A DNA stretch of 64,000 bases from Bacteroidota bacterium. Lineage in GTDB: Bacteria > Bacteroidota > Bacteroidia > AKYH767-A > OLB10. Location of the stretch: contig JANXSD010000149.1 in the NCBI GenBank assembly GCA_025352785.1, positions 14,582 to 78,581 on the forward strand, in the 5' to 3' direction. The translations under genes and the position numbers were made by a program. The first letter of the stretch is position 1; every line of letters begins with the position of its first letter. A model generated the notes under the pieces. That model saw nothing but the letters and a program-made list of their open reading frames with translations, searched no databases and was not told the DNA's origin. Of this stretch, positions 48,463-58,596 are shown piece by piece.

Positions 48463-50951
48463 GTATACCAGAGAATATAAATTTTCAGTTTGTAGATGTT
48501 ATTTTACCACTTGCATTACCAAATTTATACACGTATGAAGTTCCTGAGCATTTAATTGGAAAGCTTACTCAAGGACAGCGTATAGTTGTACAATTTGGAG
48601 CTCAAAAAGTGTATGCAGCATTAATTTTAAAATTGCATAATAATGCTCCCAATGCGTATGGAATAAAAACATTAATTGAAGTAATTGATGAACTGCCAAT
48701 CATCAACGAACTGCAATTTCGTTTATGGAAATGGATTGCTGATTATTATCTCTGTACTTTAGGAGAAGTAATGTTAGCTGGTTTGCCTTCAGCATTACGA
48801 CTACAAAGTGAAACTAAAATAATTCGAAATCCTGATTTTAATGGAGAAACATCTTCATTAAATGATCGTGAATTCTTAGTGTGGGAAGCACTTGAATTGA
48901 AACCTGAATTATCAATTCAGGAAATAGGTAAAATACTTTCACTAAAACATGTAATGCCTGTAATTCGGAATTTGATTTCTAATCAAGTTGTTTTAGTGCA
49001 GGAGGAGATGAATGAAAAATATAAACCTCGATATATCGATTTAGTTAGTTTACATGAGGATGCCAAATCAGATGAACAACTTGCTGCGCACATAAATAAA
49101 TTAGAAAAACGTGCACCCAAACAAGTGGATTTGTTAATTGCATATTTAAAAATTAGTAAGGATTTAGAACAAAATACAATTTCAAAAAGTTATCTATTAA
49201 AAAAAGCAAATACTCCAGCCTCTGTATTAATTCAACTGGTAAAGAAAAATATATTTGTTGTTACAAAACAACAATGTGATCGATTACCTGTTTACGATGG
49301 ACCTCTAATAGAACCAAAACAATTAAATGCTTTTCAATTACAATCGTTAACGGAAATAAAATATGCTTTTGATGAAGGAAAAGTAACCATGTTACATGGT
49401 GTTACTTCTTCTGGTAAAACAGAAATTTATATTCATCTTATCGAAGAAGTATTGAGTGAAGGAAAACAAGTGTTATATCTTTTACCTGAAATCGCATTAA
49501 CGACTCAAGTAATTAGTCGTTTGTTAAAGCATTTTGGTAACCGATTACTAATTTACCATTCTCGGTTTAATGAACAAGAAAGAGTAGAAGTTTGGAATAA
49601 AATATTAGACGATAATATATTACCTGAAAAACAAGGTGGCAAAATTATTATCGGCGCTCGTTCCTCTGTATTTCTTCCTTTTACCAAACTTGGTTTAATT
49701 ATCGTTGATGAGGAGCATGATAACTCTTACAAGCAAGAAGATCCATCACCGCGTTATAATGCGAGAGATGCAGCTGTAGTTTTAGCCTCTCAACAAGATG
49801 CAAGAATACTCCTAGGAACTGCTACTCCATCCTTAGAATCTTATTTTAATGCATTGTCAGGAAAATATGCTTTGGTAACATTAGATAAACGACATGCTGA
49901 TTTAGAAATGCCTGAAGTGGTTTTAATAGACATAAAAGAAGCAAGAAAAAGAAAATTGGTAAATGGGAATTTTTCTATTGCATTAGTTGATCAAATTAAG
50001 GAGACTATTCAACAAAAGCAACAAGTAATTTTATTTCAAAATAGAAGAGGATTTGCGCCCTTTTTGGAGTGTGCAAATTGTTCGTGGGTTCCATTATGTG
50101 TGAATTGTGATGTAGCACTTACGTATCATAAAAATAAACATGAGTTAAGATGTCATTATTGTGGTTATTTAACAAATTTACCCTCTAAATGTAATGCTTG
50201 TGGTGATCATGATTTGAGAATGAAAGGCTATGGAACGGAACGTATCGAAGAAGATTTACAATTATTAATTCCTGAAGCTAGGATCGCTCGATTAGATTAT
50301 GATACTACAAGAAGTAAACTTGCATTCGCGAGAATTTTAACAGCCTTCGAAGAAGGTGAAATAGATGTTTTAGTAGGAACGCAAATGGTTACCAAAGGCC
50401 TGGATTTTGATCGAGTAAATCTTGTAGGAATTATTAATGCCGATTCTTTATTTCATTATCCTGATTTTCGTTCGCATGAGAGAGGATTTCAATTGCTAGC
50501 ACAAGTAAGTGGTAGAGCAGGACGTAAGCAATTTGGAAAAGTGATGATCCAAACTCATAATCCAGAATCTGTAGTATTAAGTTATGTATTGAAGCATGAT
50601 TTCAGAGGCTTTTACCAACATGAATTAATCGAACGATATAAATTTTCGTATCCGCCTTATTTTCGATTAATTGAGATTCGCTTAAAGCATAAAGACGAAA
50701 AAGAAATTGATCGCGCATCCAATGCTTTTGTGCGTGATTTAAAATTGGTTTTTGGAAATAGAGTATTAGGACCAACAATGCCAACAGTAATTCGTGTAAG
50801 AAATCTTTTTTTAAGAAACGTATTAGTAAAGTTAGAAAAACAACTAAGTGTTGCAGATGTCAAACGTAATCTCGCAATCGCAATTGATAAGTTTAAATCA
50901 AGTCCTGATAATCGTCGATTAATTATTCAAATCGATGTTGATCCTATGTAA
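48459..50951 (+). CDS. priA: Primosomal protein N' (replication restart helicase)
   Basis: GVTSSGKT, DEEH, QNRRG, four CxxC pairs and QVSGRAGR; ATG 48459 overlaps the corA stop (ATGA). Confidence 0.96.
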   Translation: MSIPENINFQFVDVILPLALPNLYTYEVPEHLIGKLTQGQRIVVQFGAQKVYAALILKLHNNAPNAYGIKTLIEVIDELPIINELQFRLWKWIADYYLCTLGEVMLAGLPSALRLQSETKIIRNPDFNGETSSLNDREFLVWEALELKPELSIQEIGKILSLKHVMPVIRNLISNQVVLVQEEMNEKYKPRYIDLVSLHEDAKSDEQLAAHINKLEKRAPKQVDLLIAYLKISKDLEQNTISKSYLLKKANTPASVLIQLVKKNIFVVTKQQCDRLPVYDGPLIEPKQLNAFQLQSLTEIKYAFDEGKVTMLHGVTSSGKTEIYIHLIEEVLSEGKQVLYLLPEIALTTQVISRLLKHFGNRLLIYHSRFNEQERVEVWNKILDDNILPEKQGGKIIIGARSSVFLPFTKLGLIIVDEEHDNSYKQEDPSPRYNARDAAVVLASQQDARILLGTATPSLESYFNALSGKYALVTLDKRHADLEMPEVVLIDIKEARKRKLVNGNFSIALVDQIKETIQQKQQVILFQNRRGFAPFLECANCSWVPLCVNCDVALTYHKNKHELRCHYCGYLTNLPSKCNACGDHDLRMKGYGTERIEEDLQLLIPEARIARLDYDTTRSKLAFARILTAFEEGEIDVLVGTQMVTKGLDFDRVNLVGIINADSLFHYPDFRSHERGFQLLAQVSGRAGRKQFGKVMIQTHNPESVVLSYVLKHDFRGFYQHELIERYKFSYPPYFRLIEIRLKHKDEKEIDRASNAFVRDLKLVFGNRVLGPTMPTVIRVRNLFLRNVLVKLEKQLSVADVKRNLAIAIDKFKSSPDNRRLIIQIDVDPM

Positions 50952-50962
50952 TTAAATATTTT

Positions 50963-53776
50963 TTAGTTCAATTCAACGAGTAGTTGAAAGTATAATAATC
51001 TTCCTACTTCTGGTCCACCATAAACTTCGAAATGTTTATTGTTTAACAAGTTCGTTACCCCAATTTTTATTGTCGTTTTTGTTTCGGTAAATTTCTTATT
51101 TATCTGGGCATCCATTATCCCATAACTAGGAATATCTCCAGTAAACTGTGGAGAACCTTCAAATATAAATCCTTGTACCCATTTATAATTGATATTGAAT
51201 CCCCAATTTTTTCCGACCTTGTTAATAATATTGTTTCCAGCAAAACCGATATTGTATTTGTTTTTTGGAGTATTAAATGCTGGGATCAATGGATCATCAG
51301 AATTATGTCGGTCTAATTCATTCCAAGACCAATTTCCATTTATTGAAAATGATTGTGCAAAGAAATAATTAAAACCAATGGAGGCACCCATCGTTGTTAC
51401 AACATCGTTAGAGTTAGATGCTATCCTATAAACATTATTAAGTGTAACAGGTAAAGCAGTATTTGGATGAACATTTACATTTGCACCAATTCTGTATCCA
51501 ATAAAATCATGATAAGTACTGTAATAATAATTCATGTCCATGTAAAGATGTTCGAAAAGTGTTGTGCGGTAACCAGCTTCAATTGTTTTTACTCGCTCAG
51601 GACGAACTGGAGATACATTAAAATATACCAACGAATCAGGTGAGAAATTATTAAAACTTTTAAGTAATGATTCAATAGTTACCAAAGAATCATAACCATC
51701 TAAATTTCCAAGTAAAGTGGCGCGACCAACTTGATAAAACAAGTATTGATCTTGCAATGTTGGATTTCTAATAGCAGAACTAAACGAAACTCTAAACGTA
51801 TGATTTTTGTTTGGACTATAAATCCCGGAAAAAGCAGGAGAAACTAAATAGTCGAAATTTTCGTTTTTATCCACACGGACTGTAGCATTCAGTTTAACTT
51901 TCTCTTTAAATATTTTTTTATCTATTCCCGCATAAGCACCCCATTCTTCATTCGTTATTTTTCGCTGCATCGTATCACTGAAAATTGTGCCGTTAGAATT
52001 TGGTAAGTACTTTCTGTAATTTGCTCCGGTAGTTAAATCGAATACTTTCAAATTAAATTTGTATTCTCCATGTACATGCATTAAAGCCGATTTATCATAA
52101 AACCGTGAACCACCTTCTGAAAAGGATTGACGAGTGGTAATACTTTTAAATGCAGTATCAAATGCATAGGTTCCAGGCTCCAAAAATGCTTTATAACCTA
52201 GAAGAGGATTGCCAATACCATTGGCATAAGCAGCTGCTAAACTATGATACAATGCCATTGAATCAGGATATGTATTTATTAGAGTAGGGTTGATGGATAA
52301 AATGTACTGTTGGTAAAGGGCCGAATAATTTGGTGATCCAGGTGGCGGTGCTTGAGGTAATGCAGGATAGTTTGCTAAAGTGATTTTTGGTTTAATATAT
52401 TTCGACCAATAAAAAGCATAATCTTGAGCCCATCTATCATCTGGTTTGGTTTCACGTTGCAATAATAAGGATGTAAAAAATGCATCATAAGATTTTCCTG
52501 CATCTTCCGTTGTCATATATGCACGAATGAAAAATTTATTTAGTTTTCGGATTTCAATTCGATTTTGAAAAAATAAAATATCTTTCAGGCTATATCTGTT
52601 ATCACCTTGATAAACCGTAGTCCCACTTCCAAAGTTGGAGGAATAAATTAATTCCGTTTCTTTTCGAATTTTATAATGAAAGGCAGCATTTAATTTTATG
52701 TTTTTTGTATTGTAATCTACTAAGTCAGGTTCTGCATATCCAGTACGATAAATAACTCCTAATCCAGGGTAACTAGTTGGTCGACCTGAATACGTAGCAC
52801 CACCATTAAAATATTCATCACCATAGATATTTACTGCATCATAACCTCCAGGATTGGTAATTGGATCTTTGGTTTGTGGAGTTGCCGAATAATTTTTTGC
52901 CTCCCAATCATGAGCTTTAAAAATGCAAGCATTAAATTTCATTCCGAATTTATCTTGACCTCCTTTATTTTTAAATACAACTGCATATCGAATTGCTGTT
53001 TCTAATAAATCTCTAGTTCCACTTTTTACCGACATCTCAAAACCAGGTTTTACAAATGGACTTCTTGTAGTCATACTTATAACACCATTAAATGCATTCG
53101 GACCATAAAAAGCTGAACTCGCTCCAACAACTAAATCTACTTTCAATAAATCTAATTCCGAGCATCCAAGAAAATTCCCTAATGAAAAATTTAATCCTGG
53201 TGCTTGGTTATCTACTCCATCAATAACTTGAAGTGATCGAACGGGTGAAGTACTATTAAAGCCTCTCGTATTAATTACTTTGAACCCTAAACTTGCTGAA
53301 GTAAGATCAACACCTTTTAGTGAACCAAGTCCATCATAAAAATTTGCAGCTGGAGTCTGCTTAATGGCAATTATATCCATTGCTTCGACAGTAAGTGCTG
53401 ATTCTCTTTGTTTTTCGGTTAGTCGTGAGTCTGTAATATGAACTTCTTTTAATTGCATTTCATTATTCTCCAAAATAATATTTAGCTTTTTTGAAGCATC
53501 TGTTACAATAATTTCCTGAGTTACATACCCTAAATAACTAACTACTATTGTTATTGGAAACTCACTATTTATTGTAAGCGAAAAATTTCCATCAACATCC
53601 GCAGAAACTCCATTCGTTGTCCCTTTAACATTTATTGTTGCACCAACTAAACCCTCATTTGTAATTTTGTCGTGAATTGTTCCTTTAATAATTTGTTGAG
53701 CAAAAATATTTGATAATGAACCCGTGAGAATACTGCTTAGCATCATTAAGCGAATTAAGAGATGTTTGAGTTGCAT
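50963..53776 (-). CDS. TonB-dependent receptor with N-terminal CarboxypepD_reg-like domain
   Basis: Signal peptide, GATINVKGT...SYLGY, plug domain NTRGF...IDGVD...GASSAFYGPNAFNGVI and a C-terminal barrel. Confidence 0.92.
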   Translation of the reverse strand: MQLKHLLIRLMMLSSILTGSLSNIFAQQIIKGTIHDKITNEGLVGATINVKGTTNGVSADVDGNFSLTINSEFPITIVVSYLGYVTQEIIVTDASKKLNIILENNEMQLKEVHITDSRLTEKQRESALTVEAMDIIAIKQTPAANFYDGLGSLKGVDLTSASLGFKVINTRGFNSTSPVRSLQVIDGVDNQAPGLNFSLGNFLGCSELDLLKVDLVVGASSAFYGPNAFNGVISMTTRSPFVKPGFEMSVKSGTRDLLETAIRYAVVFKNKGGQDKFGMKFNACIFKAHDWEAKNYSATPQTKDPITNPGGYDAVNIYGDEYFNGGATYSGRPTSYPGLGVIYRTGYAEPDLVDYNTKNIKLNAAFHYKIRKETELIYSSNFGSGTTVYQGDNRYSLKDILFFQNRIEIRKLNKFFIRAYMTTEDAGKSYDAFFTSLLLQRETKPDDRWAQDYAFYWSKYIKPKITLANYPALPQAPPPGSPNYSALYQQYILSINPTLINTYPDSMALYHSLAAAYANGIGNPLLGYKAFLEPGTYAFDTAFKSITTRQSFSEGGSRFYDKSALMHVHGEYKFNLKVFDLTTGANYRKYLPNSNGTIFSDTMQRKITNEEWGAYAGIDKKIFKEKVKLNATVRVDKNENFDYLVSPAFSGIYSPNKNHTFRVSFSSAIRNPTLQDQYLFYQVGRATLLGNLDGYDSLVTIESLLKSFNNFSPDSLVYFNVSPVRPERVKTIEAGYRTTLFEHLYMDMNYYYSTYHDFIGYRIGANVNVHPNTALPVTLNNVYRIASNSNDVVTTMGASIGFNYFFAQSFSINGNWSWNELDRHNSDDPLIPAFNTPKNKYNIGFAGNNIINKVGKNWGFNINYKWVQGFIFEGSPQFTGDIPSYGIMDAQINKKFTETKTTIKIGVTNLLNNKHFEVYGGPEVGRLLYFQLLVELN

Positions 53777-53885
53777 AGGGTTTTGTTGAAAAACAAAAAT
53801 AATGAATTGAAGATAGGAAAGTATTATTATCGAATAAAGATTAAAATTAATGGTTTTGAACTCACATTTTTATCAACTTTGTGAT

Positions 53886-54596
53886 ATGAAGAAAATTTAT
53901 ATGCTTTCTATTCTAAGCCTTTCAGTGTTATTTGTTAATGCACAAAAGGCTCCTTACCAAATCTATAAAGGCGATACGATAAATAGAGTGGATGCGAATG
54001 GCTCGAAGCAAGGTGAATGGCGTAAATACTATAGAACCGATACACTATTTTCAAAATCTACTTTTATAAATAATAAACCCGTAGGTATTTCTAAAACTTG
54101 GTATGAAAGCGGCAAAATCAAAGGTATTGTAACGTTTGAAAAGTTTGGAGGAAGTTCTCATGCTGTTAGTTATTATGAATCTGGAAAAGTTTTAGCAAAA
54201 GGAAATTATGTTGATCAAAAAAAGGATTCTACCTGGCTATTTTATACCGAAAATGATTCTTTAAAATCAGTAGAGAATTATAAAAAGGGATTACCAACAA
54301 GCAAGTGGCTAGTTTATTTTGAAGATGGTAAGATAGCGGAAGAAAAGAATTATCTAAATGGAAAAAGAGAAGGAGTTTATCGCCAATTTAATGCGGATGG
54401 TACTTTAATTTTTGAAATGAATTATAAAAATGATTTAGAAGATGGTGTGTTAAAACTTTATCATCTTAATGGAAAAGTAAAAGAAACAGGTTCCTATATC
54501 AAAGGATTAAAAGAAGGAGCCTGGATGGAATATAATGCTAGTGGTGCAGTCTTGAAAACAGAATTGTATAAGAAGGGCGTATTGATGACAAAATAA
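53886..54596 (+). CDS. Exported MORN-variant repeat protein (YwqK-like)
   Basis: MKKIY signal peptide (ATG 53886); repeated YYESGK..KG.Y..GKK.G.W units. Confidence 0.85.
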   Translation: MKKIYMLSILSLSVLFVNAQKAPYQIYKGDTINRVDANGSKQGEWRKYYRTDTLFSKSTFINNKPVGISKTWYESGKIKGIVTFEKFGGSSHAVSYYESGKVLAKGNYVDQKKDSTWLFYTENDSLKSVENYKKGLPTSKWLVYFEDGKIAEEKNYLNGKREGVYRQFNADGTLIFEMNYKNDLEDGVLKLYHLNGKVKETGSYIKGLKEGAWMEYNASGAVLKTELYKKGVLMTK

Positions 54597-54606
54597 TATT
54601 TTCTGA

Positions 54607-55152
54607 CTATGAAATAGGCATTACTTCTCGATTTTTCCCTTTAATGCCTTTAAAAAATTCTTCGATCACTTTGCGATCTATTTCAAAATCACCACTAGGA
54701 TAAAACGGCTTTGCCCATAGAATATTTTTGTGTGCATAATCTAAGGCAACCATTACAATGGGAACGTTTGCTTTTACGGATATCTGATAAAATCCTGTCT
54801 TCCACTTCGCAACATTTTTTCTCGTTCCTTCTGGTGCAATTGCAATTACAAATTGCTCCTCTTTATTGAATAGAGCAACTACCTGATCCACAAGATTATT
54901 ATGCTTGTTTCTGTCTACAGGAAATCCCCCTAGTCGTTTAAATAGCCATCCAAATGGTGCTGAGAATAATTCCTTTTTAGCCAAATAATTGGAAGGGAAT
55001 TTCATAATACTTCTGATTGCTAAACCAATTAAAAAATCCCAGTTACTGCTATGTGGCGCAACAATAATTATATACTTTTTTAGATCTCTCGGAACGTCGC
55101 CAATAATCTTCCACCCCAACCTAAAAAAAAAGAATTTATAGAGAAATCGCAT
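54607..55152 (-). CDS. 1-acyl-sn-glycerol-3-phosphate acyltransferase family
   Basis: PHSSNWD (HX4D), PVDR and APEGTR motifs. Confidence 0.9.
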   Translation of the reverse strand: MRFLYKFFFFRLGWKIIGDVPRDLKKYIIIVAPHSSNWDFLIGLAIRSIMKFPSNYLAKKELFSAPFGWLFKRLGGFPVDRNKHNNLVDQVVALFNKEEQFVIAIAPEGTRKNVAKWKTGFYQISVKANVPIVMVALDYAHKNILWAKPFYPSGDFEIDRKVIEEFFKGIKGKNREVMPIS

Positions 55153-55234
55153 TAAATTTATCTTGTAAAATATTCAAACAAATTAGTTTTACTAAAAGCA
55201 ATGGTGGACTATTTTTTTTTAATACGAATGTAAT

Positions 55235-55269
55235 AAAAAAAAACGCCCCAAATTAATGGAGCGTTTTTT
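55235..55269 (-). terminator. Intrinsic terminator after the coiled-coil lipoprotein gene
   Basis: aaaaaacgc...gcgtttttt stem with a long T-tract on the minus strand. Confidence 0.7.
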
Positions 55270-55289
55270 ACTGGCAATTATGACAATAA

Positions 55290-56153
55290 TTAATCAGTTA
55301 CTACAACTAAATATTTCGATGCTTTCCAAAATTTTTCTGGATCCGTAATTTCAATCGACGTTACTTTGTCGTTCTCATGTTGCAGTTTGTAAGTTCCAGA
55401 TGGATGCGTACTTATTAATTTAACATCCTTTGAATTTAAGGTAATAGTTTTTGTGCTCGTCACATCTATCTGCGTAAAAGCTTCTTGATTGAAATCGGAA
55501 ACAACCGACTTTTGTTTACCCATTCCTAAGAATCCGCCTTGCTTTGATAACACTTTCTTATCACGCAATTGCTTGTATGTTCCAACTGTATAATATGCAG
55601 TATTTAACTTTGAAGTTTTGTCCTTTATCTCACTTAATTTAGTTGCATTATCCATACGGATTGTATCAATTGTACTTTTCATTTCATTGATAGTTCCATT
55701 CAAAGCAAGAACATGTTCGTTCATTGCATTGATGCTAGAATCTTTTGCAGCAAGTTGATTGTTTAATGATGCAATCACTTTTTCTAATTCACCAATCTTA
55801 ATGTTGTTCTTACGAATTCTTGATTGAAGATCGCCTAGTTTCTTTTTGTTTTGATCGATCATCTGACGAATTGCTTCGATGTCGTTCATGATTTTTGTTT
55901 TGGAATCTGGTGTAGCTTCCGGGTTGTTTGCTGTAGTACGATTTAACATCTCTTCCTGATGCGTCAATCCATCTATGTTTGTCTGAATTTCACTGATGTC
56001 TTGCATATAGCCATTGATCACTGAATCTTTAGCGTCATATTGTGCCATCAAACTATCGCGCTGATGATTCATACGATCAACCTCAGCTTTGTAGTCTGGT
56101 CCGCAACTAGTTAATAAAACGCACACTCCTAATATGCTTATTAATTGTTTCAT
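55290..56153 (-). CDS. Coiled-coil lipoprotein (Cbp1-like family of Bacteroidota)
   Basis: Lipobox LTSC, long heptad region, and C-terminal AYYTVGT..L...GGFLG...HP..TY...FWKASKYLVV. Confidence 0.75.
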   Translation of the reverse strand: MKQLISILGVCVLLTSCGPDYKAEVDRMNHQRDSLMAQYDAKDSVINGYMQDISEIQTNIDGLTHQEEMLNRTTANNPEATPDSKTKIMNDIEAIRQMIDQNKKKLGDLQSRIRKNNIKIGELEKVIASLNNQLAAKDSSINAMNEHVLALNGTINEMKSTIDTIRMDNATKLSEIKDKTSKLNTAYYTVGTYKQLRDKKVLSKQGGFLGMGKQKSVVSDFNQEAFTQIDVTSTKTITLNSKDVKLISTHPSGTYKLQHENDKVTSIEITDPEKFWKASKYLVVVTD

Positions 56154-56491
56154 GGTTAATGTTATTATTTATTGTTAGTCAAAGATAAACATAATTTCGC
56201 CCACAAAAATTGTATTTTCACCCAATTTTCTTTCAACAGGCTGATTGTTAATATCTATTTCTAAAAGAATTCCATTAAATGATCATTACTTTTTTTTTAT
56301 TTGACATGTTTTTACATCTATTAAATGATTGATTACTAATAATATAATTTTTTATTTGACTGTTTTATGCTAATACCTCAGCAATATGGCTCATTTTAAA
56401 GATCCTAGATTAATTAATTGTTAATCTTTTTAAATGATGATTTAACCGAAATGAGATTCCTTAAATTTGAATAAATCGAAATCCTAATATC

Positions 56492-56920
56492 ATGAAGCAT
56501 TTTGAAAAAAGTTGGTCGCAGCCATTATCTGGCCATAAAAAGTTTATTGCTGCTATGCTATCTCACAGTCTATCAAAATTGCTTAATCGTAGAATATTTG
56601 AAGTAGTTAATGAATCGTTTATTGATTTACAAGATTGGAAAAGTGAACAACCAGATGTGATCGTATATGATATAAAAGACGAATACAAACCTGCAATGTT
56701 GATCGAATTTACCGATCATGCAGGACTTGATTCAACAATTCGCACGATGGAAATATTATCAGATTTATACCATGTACCTGAAGCTTTTATCTTCGATTTT
56801 GAAACTCAAAAATGGTTTCGTATCAATGGTCATGATGTTCAAGAATCAGCTTCAAGTGAAAAATTTGGATTTAATTTACAAAATATCTTATCACAAAGTC
56901 TTCTCCAATATAGCAATTGA
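56492..56920 (+). CDS. Divergent Uma2/DUF820-like PD-(D/E)XK-fold protein
   Basis: H near the N-terminus, E...QPDVIVY...MLIEF and YHVPEAFIFD resemble Uma2 PD..E..Y.GVPEYWIVD. Confidence 0.6.
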   Translation: MKHFEKSWSQPLSGHKKFIAAMLSHSLSKLLNRRIFEVVNESFIDLQDWKSEQPDVIVYDIKDEYKPAMLIEFTDHAGLDSTIRTMEILSDLYHVPEAFIFDFETQKWFRINGHDVQESASSEKFGFNLQNILSQSLLQYSN

Positions 56921-56980
56921 AATTACTTCTCTTATTATAAGTGATAGTTGAAAAAAATATTTGTAGAATAAATAAAGATT

Positions 56981-57057
56981 ATTCTACATTCTTTATTCTG
57001 CATTCTTAATTTTAAATTGTGCATTCTGAATTCTTAATTTTAAATTCTGAATTCAGT
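56981..57057. repeat. Degenerate 7-bp tandem repeat array, 11 units
   Basis: attctac attcttt attctgc attctta attttaa attgtgc attctga attctta attttaa attctga attcagt. Confidence 0.9.
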
Positions 57058-57058
57058 T

Positions 57059-58450
57059 TTAGTAGCCCAATATTTTCATCATACTCTTCGCAGATTGCTC
57101 TTTTGCAAATAGTCGTGTAGTATAATCGCCATCTTCAGTACGATCAATTAAAACATGTTTTGGCGCAGGTATCAAACAATGCTGAATTCCTCCGTATCCT
57201 CCAATGCTTTCCTGATATGCACCCGTATGAAAGAAGCCTAAGTATTGTTCGGTCTCTCCATCAGGCTTTGGCAAAAACACACGGTTACGAATGGATTCCA
57301 TGATGTAATAATCATCACTATCGCATGTGATCCCGCCAAGGTTCACACGTTGATAATCTTTATCCCAATTGTTAATTGCTAGTAAAATGAATTTCTGTTT
57401 GATGCCCCAAGTGTCTGGTAAGGTGGTGATAAATGAACTATCAATCATACTCCAAAGCTCATTGTCGTTCTGCTGCTTCTGACCAACAACGCTAAATAAT
57501 ATCGCTCCGCTTTCGCCAACAGTAAAGGATCCGAACTCCGTTACGATGGTTGGTTCTTCTACTTCGCGTTGATCGCATGCCATCTTTATTTGATGAATAA
57601 TCTCATCAGCCATATATTGATAATCGTAGTTGAAGTCGAGTTTGGTCCGAATAGGAAAGCCTCCACCAATATCCAAATACTCCAACTCCGGACAAATCTT
57701 CTTAAGATCACAATATAAATTGATATTCTTTTGCAATTCGCTCCAATAATAGGCTGTGTCCTTTATGCCTGTATTAATGAAAAAATGAAGCAGCTTTAAT
57801 TCTGCATTCTTATTGTTTTGAATTTGTTGCTTGTAATATTCTACAATACCGTTGTAACGAATTCCTAATCGAGAGGTATAAAATTCTGCATTAGGTTCTT
57901 CTTCAGCCGCAATTCTAATTCCAACTTGCAATTTGCCTTTATAGTTTTTCTGCAATTGCGGAAGTTCGTCTTTGTTATCAAGAATAGATATTACATTGGT
58001 AAATCCATCGTTCATCATATCAATAATTCCATCCGTATAATTGTCTCGCTTGAATCCATTGCATATCACCATTCTACTTTTATCAACCTTTCCTTGGGCG
58101 GCTAACTCTCGAATAATTGGAATGTCAAAGGCTGAACTAGTCTCCAAATGGACATCATTTTTCAGAACTTCTGACAAAACAAATTCAAAGTGGGAGCTTT
58201 TTGTACAATAGCAATACAAATAATTACCTTTGTAATCTGCCTTTGCCATAGCTACATTAAATAAACGAGTTGCTTTTTGGATCTGATCGCTTATCTTTGG
58301 CAAATAGGTGATTTTTAGTGGAGTGCCATATTGCTCAATAATGTCCATTAGTGGTATTCCATTGAAATGGAGGCAATTATCTTCCACTTTAAATCCTTCT
58401 TGAGGGAATTCAAAGGTTTGTTCAATTAGGTCGGTGTATCTATTCTTCAT
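57059..58450 (-). CDS. speA: Arginine decarboxylase (short Bacteroidota type, PLP fold III)
   Basis: YCYCTKSSH (PLP Lys), ETSS, CNGFK, LHFF, DIGGG, TEFG, TCDSDD and HTGAYQ motifs. Confidence 0.9.
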   Translation of the reverse strand: MKNRYTDLIEQTFEFPQEGFKVEDNCLHFNGIPLMDIIEQYGTPLKITYLPKISDQIQKATRLFNVAMAKADYKGNYLYCYCTKSSHFEFVLSEVLKNDVHLETSSAFDIPIIRELAAQGKVDKSRMVICNGFKRDNYTDGIIDMMNDGFTNVISILDNKDELPQLQKNYKGKLQVGIRIAAEEEPNAEFYTSRLGIRYNGIVEYYKQQIQNNKNAELKLLHFFINTGIKDTAYYWSELQKNINLYCDLKKICPELEYLDIGGGFPIRTKLDFNYDYQYMADEIIHQIKMACDQREVEEPTIVTEFGSFTVGESGAILFSVVGQKQQNDNELWSMIDSSFITTLPDTWGIKQKFILLAINNWDKDYQRVNLGGITCDSDDYYIMESIRNRVFLPKPDGETEQYLGFFHTGAYQESIGGYGGIQHCLIPAPKHVLIDRTEDGDYTTRLFAKEQSAKSMMKILGY

Positions 58451-58482
58451 TAATCCGTATGAGTTACTTTGCTATGAATATA

Positions 58483-58490
58483 CAAATGTA
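58483..58490 (-). promoter_or_regulatory. Sigma-A -7 element for speA
   Basis: TACATTTG on the minus strand, 32 nt upstream of the ATG. Confidence 0.55.
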
Positions 58491-58596
58491 AGTAACTTGG
58501 AATTATAAAATATAGACAATTTAAAATTTAATAGAGGATTGAAATTGTCTTGATTGAGGATATCAGATAATTCATTCTTTTAAAATATCAGCATTT

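Noticed and set aside
53886-54596. Toxin-antitoxin system (YwqK 'antitoxin')
   Set aside because: It is a signal-peptide MORN-repeat protein with no adjacent toxin gene; the label reflects only the repeat type.
56981-57057. CRISPR array
   Set aside because: The period is 7 nt, there are no unique spacers and no cas genes are in the window.
57061-57720. GC-richer 3' half of speA as a recombination patch
   Set aside because: A hand count gives about 40% GC versus about 34% in the adjoining 5' part; the difference is modest and explainable by Gly-rich conserved motifs.
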